A stretch of DNA of 64,000 bases from an uncultured Gammaproteobacteria bacterium (GTDB lineage Bacteria > Patescibacteriota > Microgenomatia > Daviesbacterales > UBA10151). The notes under the pieces were generated by a model. That model did no database searches. It was not told where the DNA came from and was given only the letters and a program-made list of their open reading frames with translations. Location: positions 20,164 through 84,163 of the forward strand of contig CAYUPO010000004.1 of NCBI GenBank assembly GCA_964446685.1, given 5' to 3'. Shown here one piece after another: positions 19,027-29,644 of the stretch (the first letter of the stretch is position 1; each line of letters starts with the position of its first letter). The translations under genes and the position numbers were made by a program.

Positions 19027-20139
19027 TTACTCTCTCCTCCCGACACCCATCGGAGGGACAGTTAAAATAGTTGGTATTTCAACAGTAAATTCCCGATCTT
19101 TGTTGGTAATTCTTTCCTGCATAATAGTTCTGACGTCCTGTGTTCCCCAATAATTTGGTCCAAATATATAATGTCCACCGCAGCCATTGCCGATAAATGA
19201 GATCACACTAAACAGACTATTCTGGGAAAAATGGACCTGACTATCACAGGCAATTTCAATAATTGAGTTGCCGGAAAATCTGTTTAAAGTCACATCCCCG
19301 CCTTTTTCCTCAAGTCCGGTTAGCAAAACTAATGCTTCTCTGGAAGGCATTTCAAAAATATTATTTACAATTGAAGGAGCTCCCAACCTTTTTGGATCTA
19401 TCACAATTCCTTTACCGTTTAAATTGAGAAACTTATTGTCTGCAATCCGGGGACTTCCTCCATCAATCCAGATTGATTCCCGTAAAGCCTGTTCAAAAAC
19501 ATTATTAATAATAGCCGCCTTACCTCTTTTTATGCAAACTGAGCATTCACCCACTTCACGCAGCAGACTATCCCGGATACTAAAATTATTACCGATCTCC
19601 AGTCGCCTATAATGAGCCATCACAGCCGATGCGATCACACCATGTTTAGCTGAGATCACATTTATGTCATATGGTGAAGGAAACTGGGCATTCGAATCAA
19701 AAGTAATTGGCTGCTCTTTGGTACCAATTGCATAGAGTGTGGAAAAATGAACCTGAATCTTTTCCTTTTCATCCCAAAAGGGTTCACCTGGTCTGACATC
19801 ATGATATTCCTCTCCGATATTAATTCCGCTTTTTAAATGCCAGGGTAAAAAATCAAAATTGAACCTATCTCCTTTGGCATCAATTTTGATAACTGTTCCC
19901 GGCATTACAGTCACCACAGTACCAGGCGTTGTCCAGACATCTCCGGTGATTCTGATCTCACCAGACCAAATCTGCTTTCTGACCAAAATACCTGAAACCA
20001 TCCCATTGCTGACTTTTTTTTCCGGCAGCACCATCGCCAGACCATAAGCTAAAAGTAAATATAACCAGGTTAAAAAAATAACCACAATCAGAAAATAAAA
20101 AAACCAGTGCAATCTTGGTAAATGAAATTTTTTAATCAT
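19027..20139 (-). CDS. membrane-anchored right-handed parallel beta-helix protein
   Basis: N-terminal TM, AIGTKEQPITFDS, repeated I.NN.F units, NYWG. Confidence 0.75.
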   Translation of the reverse strand: MIKKFHLPRLHWFFYFLIVVIFLTWLYLLLAYGLAMVLPEKKVSNGMVSGILVRKQIWSGEIRITGDVWTTPGTVVTVMPGTVIKIDAKGDRFNFDFLPWHLKSGINIGEEYHDVRPGEPFWDEKEKIQVHFSTLYAIGTKEQPITFDSNAQFPSPYDINVISAKHGVIASAVMAHYRRLEIGNNFSIRDSLLREVGECSVCIKRGKAAIINNVFEQALRESIWIDGGSPRIADNKFLNLNGKGIVIDPKRLGAPSIVNNIFEMPSREALVLLTGLEEKGGDVTLNRFSGNSIIEIACDSQVHFSQNSLFSVISFIGNGCGGHYIFGPNYWGTQDVRTIMQERITNKDREFTVEIPTILTVPPMGVGRRE

Positions 20140-20147
20140 AAAACAGG

Positions 20148-20263
20148 CAAATTTCCAATTTTCAAACCATAATTTTCAATCAATGCTCAATGGAAAAATG
20201 TTCAATGATCATTATTTTTAATTGTAAATTCATTGGAAATTGAAAACTGCTAATTGAAAATTT
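20148..20263. repeat. AT-rich imperfect palindrome of the heptamer-repeat element type
   Basis: aatttccaattttcaa...ttggaaattgaaaa...ttgaaaattt arms. Confidence 0.6.
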
Positions 20264-20310
20264 AAATAAGACTTATTGACAATGATACCAAATAAACTGA
20301 TCATTAATAT

Positions 20311-21039
20311 ATGTTCAAAGTCCTGCCCCTTTTAGTTGTTTTGTCGCTCGTTTTTGCTGCGTCTCAATTTATGCCGATTAAAAGATACGTTGCTTATTCA
20401 CTGGGAATTTCCGGTGATCCAACTTCTTCCTGCTGCGGAGATCCTGAAGTAATTGAAAAATCCAAAGGAACTTTTGATGAAGATGCCAATACAGCTATTT
20501 TTGAAGATGAAATAGTAGATTATCCTAAAACAGCTTTAGCACAGGGACAAATTGATAATGATCTGGCATTAAATAATGATCCACTTTCCACAACCACAGT
20601 TCTGGGAACAACAACAGCCTCCGGAGAAGAAAAATGGATTGAAGTATCCCTTGATCATCAAATGTTACGCGCCTGGGAAGGAAACAATATTGTCATGGAA
20701 TTTCCAATCTCTTCCGGCAGATGGTTTCCTACACCAAAAGGAACATTTAATATCTGGTACAAAACCAGAAACCAGCGGATGGAAGGCGGAAAAAAAGAGT
20801 TAGGCACTTACTACAATCTGCCAAATGTTCCGCATAATATGTTCTTTTACAAAGGCTTTGCAGTCCATGGCGCCTATTGGCATAACAACTTTGGTCATCC
20901 AATGAGTCACGGCTGTGTCAACGCTCCTTTAGATAAAGTAGCCACACTTTTTGACTGGACAGGCCCCGTCCTCCCTCCAAAAACCGGCGCAGTCAAAGCA
21001 TCTTTAACCAATCCAGGAACCAAAGTGTTTGTTCACTAA
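20311..21039 (+). CDS. L,D-transpeptidase (YkuD family)
   Basis: ISSG...TPKG.F, HGAYWHNNFGHPMSHGCVN. Confidence 0.94.
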   Translation: MFKVLPLLVVLSLVFAASQFMPIKRYVAYSLGISGDPTSSCCGDPEVIEKSKGTFDEDANTAIFEDEIVDYPKTALAQGQIDNDLALNNDPLSTTTVLGTTTASGEEKWIEVSLDHQMLRAWEGNNIVMEFPISSGRWFPTPKGTFNIWYKTRNQRMEGGKKELGTYYNLPNVPHNMFFYKGFAVHGAYWHNNFGHPMSHGCVNAPLDKVATLFDWTGPVLPPKTGAVKASLTNPGTKVFVH

Positions 21040-21043
21040 AAAG

Positions 21044-22234
21044 TTACACATCACTTAAAATTTCCACTAAAGCCGGTACAGATACCCGTGCAGATACAAT
21101 ACGATTGTCAGCTAATACACGTTGTGTTTTTGGCATATCCATTAGACTAGTTCGTAAGAAATCAATACTTTTAGGATCTACGGCTTGACTTCTAAAAAAA
21201 TCAAACATACTTTGCAGACCAGAACTGATAACAGTCCGCCTATATTCCGGATTTACCAAAAGTGAGGAGATTCGATTTTTTTTAGCTACCGCAAGATGGT
21301 CATATCCCCAAACTGTAGCAATATTTACAGTATCATCATTTAACGGTGAATGTTGTATCTGGCTGACCGGAACAGCATCAATTACTTCAGCTGCAATAGC
21401 ATTGCGAAGTGGGACACTTTCTCCGTACAATTCGTTCTTTCGCTGACGGTGTTCAAAGTAAGGAGAATTAAAATCTGTATCTTTCATCTCATGTGGAAAG
21501 TTAATTAAATTTTCTAACCACAAACGGGTATTATAAGAATTGACCGTCTCTGATTCATAAGTAGCCTTCTGAGAATCTACACTTCCCAAACCTTCTGTAT
21601 AAAGATATCCTCCAGATACAGCTCCTAACCCAGCTAAAATGAAATTTCTTCTGGATGTATTGATAGCCATCAGTGGGTCCTCAATAGTTTCAGATCGTTC
21701 AATAACTTTTTTGGCAGATAAAAATTGGGTTATACCCCACACCGCTAGTAATCCTACAATTCCCAACTTTCTTACTTCTATCTTAGCAATCTGCTGCTTT
21801 CGATCTAATTCACCTGAGGCTCCTATTAAAAATTTTTGATTGTTTGCATCAATATCTAACTGACTAGTACCCTTAATCCATTGTTTGAATGCAATATTCC
21901 ATGACAAGCTGTAACTAATAGGATCAGCAGAAACTAAGACAGTTTGATCATTTTTAGCTTTCCGCAAAGACCAATCAGCAAAATCATCCTTACTTGGCGG
22001 CTGTGACATAACAACATCAAGATCACTACGCAAAAGATTATATTGGCTATCCATAACCAAAGCATCCAAACGATCGCCAAAAACTTTTTTTATCTCTCTA
22101 TTGGTTACATCAGCCCCAGGGAAGGGTTCATTTTCTCCATGATCTGCATGGATAACCAAGACATTTTTTCCAGGAAGCTTAACCACTGGTTCATAAATAC
22201 GTGAAGTTGTCGCGTGCCTATCTATATCAAACAT
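21044..22234 (-). CDS. hypothetical membrane protein with internal SRRNFI motif
   Basis: 396-aa ORF, two hydrophobic segments. Confidence 0.65.
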   Translation of the reverse strand: MFDIDRHATTSRIYEPVVKLPGKNVLVIHADHGENEPFPGADVTNREIKKVFGDRLDALVMDSQYNLLRSDLDVVMSQPPSKDDFADWSLRKAKNDQTVLVSADPISYSLSWNIAFKQWIKGTSQLDIDANNQKFLIGASGELDRKQQIAKIEVRKLGIVGLLAVWGITQFLSAKKVIERSETIEDPLMAINTSRRNFILAGLGAVSGGYLYTEGLGSVDSQKATYESETVNSYNTRLWLENLINFPHEMKDTDFNSPYFEHRQRKNELYGESVPLRNAIAAEVIDAVPVSQIQHSPLNDDTVNIATVWGYDHLAVAKKNRISSLLVNPEYRRTVISSGLQSMFDFFRSQAVDPKSIDFLRTSLMDMPKTQRVLADNRIVSARVSVPALVEILSDV

Positions 22235-22250
22235 AATCTGATTATATCAT

Positions 22251-22907
22251 TTACTGTAAGACAGTTACTTTCAAATTATCGCCATCAAAGTTGAATTTAA
22301 AAGTTACTGCACTATCTTTACTGTTTAAAATATATAAATTTTGCTTAGAACTAACCCCTACTGACCCAGGATCAGCATAAATAGCTACTCCATGTTCTTT
22401 AGGAATTTCATTGATAGCAAAAAAATCATGGTTTGTAGGAGCTACTGGATTTAAATCAGCATCCTTAGCTGCCCAGTTGATGACAGAAGCTAAGTGACAA
22501 ACACCCATTCCATACAAGCGACCATCATATTTATAGCCTTCTTCACCACCAAAATGAGAATTAGATGTTAAAGCTACATTTGTATATTCTTTAGACACTA
22601 AATCATGAAAAGCAAATGTCTGCCCAGGCTGTAAAATAAATTCATATTCAAATGGAGCACGCACAGTATCCCAGTTCACAGTCGAACCTTTTGTAACTAC
22701 TCCACGCATATAGGCCATATTAAGCAATATGTTGTCTTTATAAATATCATTTAAAGGCTGATTTAATTGTCTGTGATCAAGTGAAATAGACCTTGTTCCC
22801 AGCACAACTGGTTCTACCTGCGAAGTAGCTACCGGTGCTATAACACCCACCTGTGACAAGGCTAACTGAGAAATAATAATTAATGATGAGATTGTGTTAG
22901 GTATCAT
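22251..22907 (-). CDS. VanW-like secreted protein
   Basis: LQPGQTFAFH, G.GVCHLASVINWAA..A.L, NH. Confidence 0.75.
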   Translation of the reverse strand: MIPNTISSLIIISQLALSQVGVIAPVATSQVEPVVLGTRSISLDHRQLNQPLNDIYKDNILLNMAYMRGVVTKGSTVNWDTVRAPFEYEFILQPGQTFAFHDLVSKEYTNVALTSNSHFGGEEGYKYDGRLYGMGVCHLASVINWAAKDADLNPVAPTNHDFFAINEIPKEHGVAIYADPGSVGVSSKQNLYILNSKDSAVTFKFNFDGDNLKVTVLQ

Positions 22908-23156
22908 ATGTTTTATGCGAAGTCACAATTTTATTTATGACTCCACTCAAACACTATGAGACAAGAAGATTAACTTTACAGAGTATAATTATATCATACT
23001 ATAGGACTATAATCAAGTTAAAGAGAGTTAATTAGTAAACCAGTGAATTAGTTAATTAGACCAATTTGAGGCTAAATTTCCCTCTCCACCCCACCATAAC
23101 ATCCATCTACTATCTACCAACTACCATCTACTACCTAAATTTGCTACCTTTAATAG

Positions 23157-24878
23157 ATGCTGTCCGATTCACTTAAAAGTGTTGTAAAAGGCGATATTTT
23201 ATCTGATGAGGCATCACTAACTGCTTTTTCCAAAGATGCCTCAATCTTTGCCATCAAACCTCAGGTAGTAATTGCTCCCAAAGACACTGAAGATCTTAAG
23301 TCATTGGTTAAATTCATCAATCAGGACCTCTCACAACACCTTTCCTTAACTCCCCGCGCCGCAGGTACTTGTATGTCTGGTGGAGCTATTAATGATTCAA
23401 TTACCCTGGATATGCTTAAATACTTCAATCAGGTTTTATATGTCGGAGATGATTACGCTATAACCCAACCAGGTGTTTTTTACCGTGATTTTGAGAAAAA
23501 AACCCTTGAAAAAGACTTACTTTTACCCTGTTACACCTCATCCAGGGAATTAAACACTGTTGGTGGGATGGTCGGAAACAATTCAGCCGGAGAAAAATCT
23601 CTCAATTACGGCCAGACTGAAAGATACACTAAGCGTCTCAAAATGGTTTGTTCAGATGGCAATGAATACGAGTTTAAGCCACTAACCAAAGAACAATTTA
23701 TGGCCAAAGCCATACAGGACAACTTCGAAGGCGACCTTTACCGGAAAATCGGTAATATCATCAATGAAAATTATGATCTGATCCAGTCTCACAAACCTAT
23801 CACCAGTAAAAATTCTACCGGATATGGCCTCTGGAATGTACTCCAAAACGACCGCTTTGATCTGACCAAAGTAATTGTCGGCTCTCAGGGAACTTTGGGT
23901 ATCGTTACAGAAATTGAGTTTCAGCTGGTCAAACCCAAAACTCATACCGCTATGCTGGAAATAGAACTTGAAAATCTGGACAATCTCGACCAGATAGTCC
24001 TTGAAATACTCAAATTTGCACCTGAAAGCTTTGAATGTTTTGATGACCAGACTTTGATGTATGCCACCAAATTCATCGGCGATATCCTAAAAGACTTTAA
24101 AAAAACTCCCAAATGGCTGGCTCCTTTTAAATTAATCCCTGAAATGATTGCCTCATGGACTAAAAAATTCCCTAAACTGGTTTTGATCGCCGAATTTACC
24201 GCCGAAGAAGATTCTTCTCCAATGGAACAGGTTCATCTCTGCCAAAGTGCCTTAGCTCACTTTAATATTAAAACCCGAGCAGTCAAATCAAATGACGAAG
24301 AAAAATACTGGATTATCAGACGAGACAGCTTCAATATCTTAAGACACCATTCTGGCGGAACACTCCGAACTGCCCCATTTATTGATGACATCTGTGTCCC
24401 TCCTACCGAACTTCCAAACTTTTTGCCTAAACTGACCCAGACACTAGAGCCATACAAAGACCGGATTACCTATACCATCGCCGGGCATATTGGCAACGGC
24501 AATTTTCATATTATCCCCTTGATGGATCTGACTAAAGAAGAAGTTAGACAGGTTATTCCGGAACTTTCTCAAAAAGTTTTCCAACTGGTTAAAGAAGCCA
24601 AAGGAACAATGGCCGCAGAGCACAATGATGGACTGGTCAGAGGTTCTTATTTACCTCAAATGTATGGTGAAGATATGTTTCAACTGTTTAAAGATGTCAA
24701 AGAAGCCTTTGATCCAAATAACATCTTCAACCCACACAAAAAGACCGACGCCACCATCGAATATGCAGCAGAACACATTGATAAAACCTATGCAGTAAAA
24801 GCGATCGAAGATTATGGAAACAAAGTAACTACACCAATAGAGACCTCTCAACCAATCGCTACTGTCTACAAAAGCTAG
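23157..24878 (+). CDS. FAD-linked oxidase (D-lactate dehydrogenase/GlcD-like)
   Basis: PRAAGTCMSG, GGMVGNNSAG, GSQGTLG, GHIGNGNFH, AEHNDG, FDPNNIFNP. Confidence 0.92.
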   Translation: MLSDSLKSVVKGDILSDEASLTAFSKDASIFAIKPQVVIAPKDTEDLKSLVKFINQDLSQHLSLTPRAAGTCMSGGAINDSITLDMLKYFNQVLYVGDDYAITQPGVFYRDFEKKTLEKDLLLPCYTSSRELNTVGGMVGNNSAGEKSLNYGQTERYTKRLKMVCSDGNEYEFKPLTKEQFMAKAIQDNFEGDLYRKIGNIINENYDLIQSHKPITSKNSTGYGLWNVLQNDRFDLTKVIVGSQGTLGIVTEIEFQLVKPKTHTAMLEIELENLDNLDQIVLEILKFAPESFECFDDQTLMYATKFIGDILKDFKKTPKWLAPFKLIPEMIASWTKKFPKLVLIAEFTAEEDSSPMEQVHLCQSALAHFNIKTRAVKSNDEEKYWIIRRDSFNILRHHSGGTLRTAPFIDDICVPPTELPNFLPKLTQTLEPYKDRITYTIAGHIGNGNFHIIPLMDLTKEEVRQVIPELSQKVFQLVKEAKGTMAAEHNDGLVRGSYLPQMYGEDMFQLFKDVKEAFDPNNIFNPHKKTDATIEYAAEHIDKTYAVKAIEDYGNKVTTPIETSQPIATVYKS

Positions 24879-25231
24879 ATGTGGATTGAAACAGGTTTAT
24901 CTCCATATTTATTCTTTTTTGAATCACCTGGTTTAAAACATAAATAAATAAAAACAAATAAATTAACTATTGGGATAACTGCTAAAAGGGTAAGCCAGGC
25001 AGATTTTCCTAAATCATGCCATCTTTTTGAATATATTGTTATATAGAAAACAATTATTAATAACCCAAAAAAGTATCTACTAAATTGAAAAAAAAGATCG
25101 GTAAAATCAGAGTTAGGATATTGAGTATAAAAATTCTTTAAGAACTTTGCAACCGAATATAAAAAAATAGTACTTATAATCCAACTAAGAGCAAAACTGC
25201 TTCTATTTATTCTTCCGGAAAAAAGTTTCAT
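24875..25231 (-). CDS. DUF805 membrane protein
   Basis: FSGRINR, KRWHDLGKSAW, PG....NKYG. Confidence 0.92.
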   Translation of the reverse strand: MKLFSGRINRSSFALSWIISTIFLYSVAKFLKNFYTQYPNSDFTDLFFQFSRYFFGLLIIVFYITIYSKRWHDLGKSAWLTLLAVIPIVNLFVFIYLCFKPGDSKKNKYGDKPVSIHI

Positions 25232-26061
25232 TTATTACAACAAATATCAGAGATAACTTTAAATCTTTCAGGTAAAGTTTCTTTGAGGAATTTTTCTTTT
25301 TCTGCTCCCTGCATAGTGCAGACTTCCTGCCAAAGAGCTCGTCCGGCCAAAAATCCCACAGCTCCTCTGGAAACAGCTTCTTCCAGTTGCACTTTGAAGT
25401 GATCAAAACTATCTCCCCTGGTCAGTAAAATCCAGGGTATACCATCCTCCTGTAATACAGCACTGATGGTGCGGCAGGCGACAGCTGATCCGGGATATTC
25501 CATTTTATAAACATCAGGTTTGATCCCTCTTTTGATAAACATCTTTAGAGACTCAATCACAATTTTTTCTCTCTCTTCCAGTGTAATATCATGATCAGAC
25601 TCATACGTCACAATTTCTAAAAATAATGGATAATCTCTGGATTTACATTCTTCTACAACTGTTCTGGCTGTCTCCAATTGTTGTTCAGCAGTTTTAAGAA
25701 AAGGATTGAAAAAAAGTAATATTTTGGCTCCACCTGCTCCCCAATCCATCAACTTGGGCACTCCATATTCTAGTTTAGTCAGGCGTTCTCCGCCCTGATC
25801 TTCATAACCGGTTTTTTCAACTGGAAGCAAAAATGGTTTGGTTTTTTCAGTATAAGCCGGAAGTCCGTAATCAGGATCAATTAAAACACCACTCATTTGT
25901 GGTTTGACGGCATTGATAATCTCTCTTTTCAGATCAATTGCCTGTTGGTCAGTCACCGCATCGCCATTTGATGGATTCATCAGCTTTTTAAAGCTACCAC
26001 GATGATCCAAAGCTAACATCAAAAACTTTCCGTCTTTTAGAAATGGCGCTAAATCAGGCAT
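25228..26061 (-). CDS. tagatose-1,6-bisphosphate aldolase (LacD/class I family)
   Basis: LALDHRGS, VLIDPDYG, EKTGY, KMEYP, GFLAGRALW. Confidence 0.88.
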   Translation of the reverse strand: MPDLAPFLKDGKFLMLALDHRGSFKKLMNPSNGDAVTDQQAIDLKREIINAVKPQMSGVLIDPDYGLPAYTEKTKPFLLPVEKTGYEDQGGERLTKLEYGVPKLMDWGAGGAKILLFFNPFLKTAEQQLETARTVVEECKSRDYPLFLEIVTYESDHDITLEEREKIVIESLKMFIKRGIKPDVYKMEYPGSAVACRTISAVLQEDGIPWILLTRGDSFDHFKVQLEEAVSRGAVGFLAGRALWQEVCTMQGAEKEKFLKETLPERFKVISDICCNK

Positions 26062-26139
26062 TAAAACCATTGTTGCACAACTCAATTCCAGCTGTCCAGT
26101 AGAAATCCTGCATAGCCTAAATCTATAAATTATCATTTA

Positions 26140-26315
26140 GTTTCATTTTGCATTGAAACGAAGGGCGTTAAGAAAAAATTACGGAGAGCAAGAGGGGGAC
26201 GTCCGCATACTTGCGGAGGGGGCAGACTTTCCCCCCTTAAACGGAGTAATTTTTTTAGCCCGACTTTCCTGCAAAATTGTTTTTGGTACTTTTCCAAAAA
26301 AGTACAAGAAAAAAA
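26140..26315. repeat. branched palindromic intergenic element
   Basis: gggc..aaaaaattac / gtaatttttt..gccc outer stem, inner tccgca/tgcgga hairpin, gtactttt/aaaagtac hairpin. Confidence 0.55.
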
Positions 26316-26356
26316 TAAAGTGACAAGTTGATTGATCAAAGTTTATAATAGCCTCT

Positions 26357-26926
26357 ATGCAGAAAGATAAACCAACTAAATTCCCCCCAACCGCCAAAAA
26401 AGTATTTGATGGCATCCTTTATGACGTCTATCAATGGCCCCAGGAACTTTACGATGGAACAACCTCAACCTATGAAAGAATCAACCGTCAGGACACAATC
26501 AGTGTTTTGGGAGTGACAGAAGACAATAAAATACTTCTGATTGAGGAAGAACAGCCTCACCGTCCTAAAAGTATCAGCCTGGTTGCCGGAAAAGTTGATC
26601 CAGGAGAAACCCCGGAACTAGCAGCTGAAAGAGAGCTACTGGAAGAAACAGGCTACAAAGCAGCAAGGATGGAAAAATGGTTTACTTATCATCCTGATTT
26701 AAATATCGACTGGACAGTTTTTGTATATCTGGCAAAAGGATTAAAGAAAATAGCAGATCAAAAATTAGAGGGCGGAGAAAAAATCACTCCAAAGCTGTAT
26801 ACCTTTGATGAATTCATCGAATTTGCTTCATCAGATCAATTTAATGCGCTGCAAATCAAAGTCAGGGTACTGGAAGCAAAACTTGATCCGAAAAAAATGA
26901 CAGAGCTAAAGGAGTTATTAACTTAA
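26357..26926 (+). CDS. NUDIX hydrolase (ADP-ribose pyrophosphatase-like)
   Basis: GKVDPGETPELAAERELLEETGY Nudix box. Confidence 0.92.
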   Translation: MQKDKPTKFPPTAKKVFDGILYDVYQWPQELYDGTTSTYERINRQDTISVLGVTEDNKILLIEEEQPHRPKSISLVAGKVDPGETPELAAERELLEETGYKAARMEKWFTYHPDLNIDWTVFVYLAKGLKKIADQKLEGGEKITPKLYTFDEFIEFASSDQFNALQIKVRVLEAKLDPKKMTELKELLT

Positions 26927-27915
26927 AACTCTACTGCAGAAATCTTCTTATTTTCATTTAGTCTTTCCTGTAGTTTATTTTTGCTTAACAATCCTTTTTG
27001 CGGACCTACCTGTTCCACAACTGATGCACTATTAGCAGCTCCCCAACGCATAGCATCAGGTAAAGCTTCACCATTTAATAATCCGGCAACTGTCGCTGTT
27101 GCAAAAGCATCCCCAGCTCCTGTCATCTCAACCAGCTTAGCTGGAAAAATATCCAGTTTCCAGTAAGTCTCACCGTCATAACCATAAGATCCTTGTTTAC
27201 CATCTGTTATCACTACTTTTTTAGCTCCCAGATTGAGTAACCCAGTCAGCAATTTTTTTACAGACAACTTTTCGCTTTTTTCATGTCCCAGAAAATGTCT
27301 GGCTTCCTGAACATTCATAATCAAAAATTCACACAGAGACAACAATCGGCTTTGTTTCTTAGCTCCCTGTTTGATCTGAAAAGTACCAGGTTGATAAGCC
27401 AGTTTGGCTCCTGAGCGCTCCAGATAATTTATCAGCTGCTCTATCACATTTGATTCCACATAAGATGATGACATTGATGTCAGGTAAACCCATTTAGCTT
27501 TTTCCAGATCCGGCAAATGAAATTTCCAAGGCTGATGATGAACCAATATAGTTCGCTCTCCTTTAAAACTGAGAATTATATTGTGATTTGAAGGCAGATT
27601 GGATACTTCTATCACATATCTGGTATCAACCCCCTCTTTCTTAAACTTCTGTCTGATCCGGAGATCATCTTCCTCATCATCTTTATTTCCTGAATGAGTA
27701 TAAATAGCAGTTTTTAATCCCAGCCTGGCACTTCCAACAGCATTATTGGCAGCATTTCCAGCAACCATCGATTCACCACTTTCTACCGGAACCTTAGCGC
27801 CAAAAGGCAATGCCAGTAAGATAGTATTCCCATTTTTACTGGAAAGTATCTCCGCTTCATTTAAGGGAATTACTGTATCAATTACTGTGTCGCCAATAGA
27901 GATTAAATCAAACAT
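26923..27915 (-). CDS. PfkB family carbohydrate kinase
   Basis: GNAANNAVGSARLG, ITDG..G, TGAGDAF. Confidence 0.93.
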   Translation of the reverse strand: MFDLISIGDTVIDTVIPLNEAEILSSKNGNTILLALPFGAKVPVESGESMVAGNAANNAVGSARLGLKTAIYTHSGNKDDEEDDLRIRQKFKKEGVDTRYVIEVSNLPSNHNIILSFKGERTILVHHQPWKFHLPDLEKAKWVYLTSMSSSYVESNVIEQLINYLERSGAKLAYQPGTFQIKQGAKKQSRLLSLCEFLIMNVQEARHFLGHEKSEKLSVKKLLTGLLNLGAKKVVITDGKQGSYGYDGETYWKLDIFPAKLVEMTGAGDAFATATVAGLLNGEALPDAMRWGAANSASVVEQVGPQKGLLSKNKLQERLNENKKISAVEF

Positions 27916-27932
27916 AGATATTAAAACCGGAT

Positions 27933-28439
27933 TTATTTAGCAATTACACAGGCTGTCACACTTTGCTTTAACAATACGAAAAATGAAAACAGAAGCAGTC
28001 CAATAGCTAAAACAGAAACTTCAGCACCTTTAAATGGCAGATACCCCACACTACCCGACATACCTAAAAGGCCGAGTAACGGCAATCCACACGAAGCACA
28101 ACCACCACCAGCCGTACCAAACAAAGTCCCCAGGCCAAATGCCCAGTGACTGGATCTTTTAGCAAAACTATACCGGATTCTTTTATAAGACAACATTAGA
28201 TTGGCTCCTGTCAGAAGTCCGATGATAATCAAAATCAGCAAACTACTCAGACTCATGGCTGTAGTCAGTCCCTGAATCAGAGCTAAGCTTATTTCAAATT
28301 TATAACTAACAGGGAAATCACCAAAATAAGCCTGATTAATTAAAGAGTAGTTAGTAAAGTAAACGTTTAAAAGAATATAAAAAGCGGCAATTGCCACAGT
28401 TCCAATCAGAAATTTTCGGGTCAGGACAGATAAGAGCAT
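27933..28439 (-). CDS. membrane protein with GCASCG motif, partner of the DsbA gene
   Basis: Multi-TM ORF with CxxC, directly downstream of dsbA-like gene. Confidence 0.7.
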   Translation of the reverse strand: MLLSVLTRKFLIGTVAIAAFYILLNVYFTNYSLINQAYFGDFPVSYKFEISLALIQGLTTAMSLSSLLILIIIGLLTGANLMLSYKRIRYSFAKRSSHWAFGLGTLFGTAGGGCASCGLPLLGLLGMSGSVGYLPFKGAEVSVLAIGLLLFSFFVLLKQSVTACVIAK

Positions 28440-28442
28440 AGT

Positions 28443-29270
28443 TTATTTCAACTGCTGGTCGATTACTGCCTGAAAAGCGCTATATGGTTGTGCACCAACC
28501 AGCCGTGTACCTTCTATTGTACCAGATGCATCAGACTTTCCGATAAAGAATGTTGGAGTTCCATCTGCTCCGGCAGTTCCAGCATCAGCCAGATCTTTTG
28601 CTACCTCTGCTTTGGATTTATCACTATCAAGACAGGTCTTAAAATTTGCAGAGTTCAGACCCAGTGTTCCTGCCATAGTGTAAAGTTTCTCAACTGACAA
28701 ACCTGTTCCATTTGAAGTAGTCTGTTTAAACATTTCATCATGCATTTTGTAATAAGCTTCGTCTCCGCCCTGTTCTCTGGCACAATTGGCAGCAATCGCT
28801 TCTTTTGTCGCCATTGGATCATGGAAAGAAAGAGGCAGATCCCGGAAAACTACTTTTAACTTTCCGGTATCAATATAATTAGTTTTTAACTGAGGATAAG
28901 TCTGATCGAAATATCTTTTACAAAAAGGACATTCATAATCTGAAAATTCGACCATTGTAATAGGAGCATTTTTATCACCTAATACAGCATCATCATCAAT
29001 TGAAACTTTTACCGGACCAGTTTGTTCAGGAGCTGCCGGTGCAGCGGGCGCTGAAGATGGAGTTACAGCCGCTGGTGCATCTGCTACCTTCTTTGCTGTT
29101 AATCCTTTTACTTCCAAAACTCCGCCTGACAGTAATATTGAAAGCGCAATAATACAGCTACCAATAATTATTGAAGCAGGTACTGAAATAATTGAGTGAG
29201 GATGTGGCGGTGGTGGAGGGGGAGCCATTCTTTTTTCTGTTACTACTTCTTTTTCTTCTCTTCGATTCAT
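28443..29270 (-). CDS. DsbA/thioredoxin-fold oxidoreductase, membrane anchored
   Basis: EFSDYECPFC, GTPTFFI, GAQPY. Confidence 0.93.
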   Translation of the reverse strand: MNRREEKEVVTEKRMAPPPPPPHPHSIISVPASIIIGSCIIALSILLSGGVLEVKGLTAKKVADAPAAVTPSSAPAAPAAPEQTGPVKVSIDDDAVLGDKNAPITMVEFSDYECPFCKRYFDQTYPQLKTNYIDTGKLKVVFRDLPLSFHDPMATKEAIAANCAREQGGDEAYYKMHDEMFKQTTSNGTGLSVEKLYTMAGTLGLNSANFKTCLDSDKSKAEVAKDLADAGTAGADGTPTFFIGKSDASGTIEGTRLVGAQPYSAFQAVIDQQLK

Positions 29271-29531
29271 GAGTGGAGATAGTGTACAAGATGAAAACTA
29301 ATCTGTAAAGTCGTGAAAAGGATTCATTATCATATAAAATATTCTGTAGCTAGCTACAGAATTACCCTGTTTATGATAAGAAAAAATTCTGATTTTTTCA
29401 TTTCCCGCGTGTAGTAAATAAAATTAACCGCAAAGCGTTCACAAAAAGAGCCACCACATAAGATCCGGCCTGAACAAAAAACAGAAATACCCCATTTAAA
29501 ATAGTATCAAAGACGCATCCGCACATACAAA

Positions 29532-29644
29532 AAATTTCTAAGTACTAATTTCTAATGTCTAAACAATGTCCAAAACTAAATGTCTAACTGTTTAGTCATT
29601 GGGATTTGTTTAGAGTACTTAGAAATTAGATTAATTAGAAATTT
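29532..29644. repeat. tttctaa/ttagaaa heptamer palindromic element overlapping the transketolase stop codon
   Basis: aaatttctaagtactaatttctaa ... agtacttagaaattagattaattagaaattt. Confidence 0.75.

Noticed and set aside
21640-21660. SRRNFI as a Tat signal
   Set aside because: Motif is internal, not N-terminal; no Tat genes seen in the window.
26133-26415. Short minus-strand ORFs
   Set aside because: They read through a palindromic element and the NUDIX promoter.
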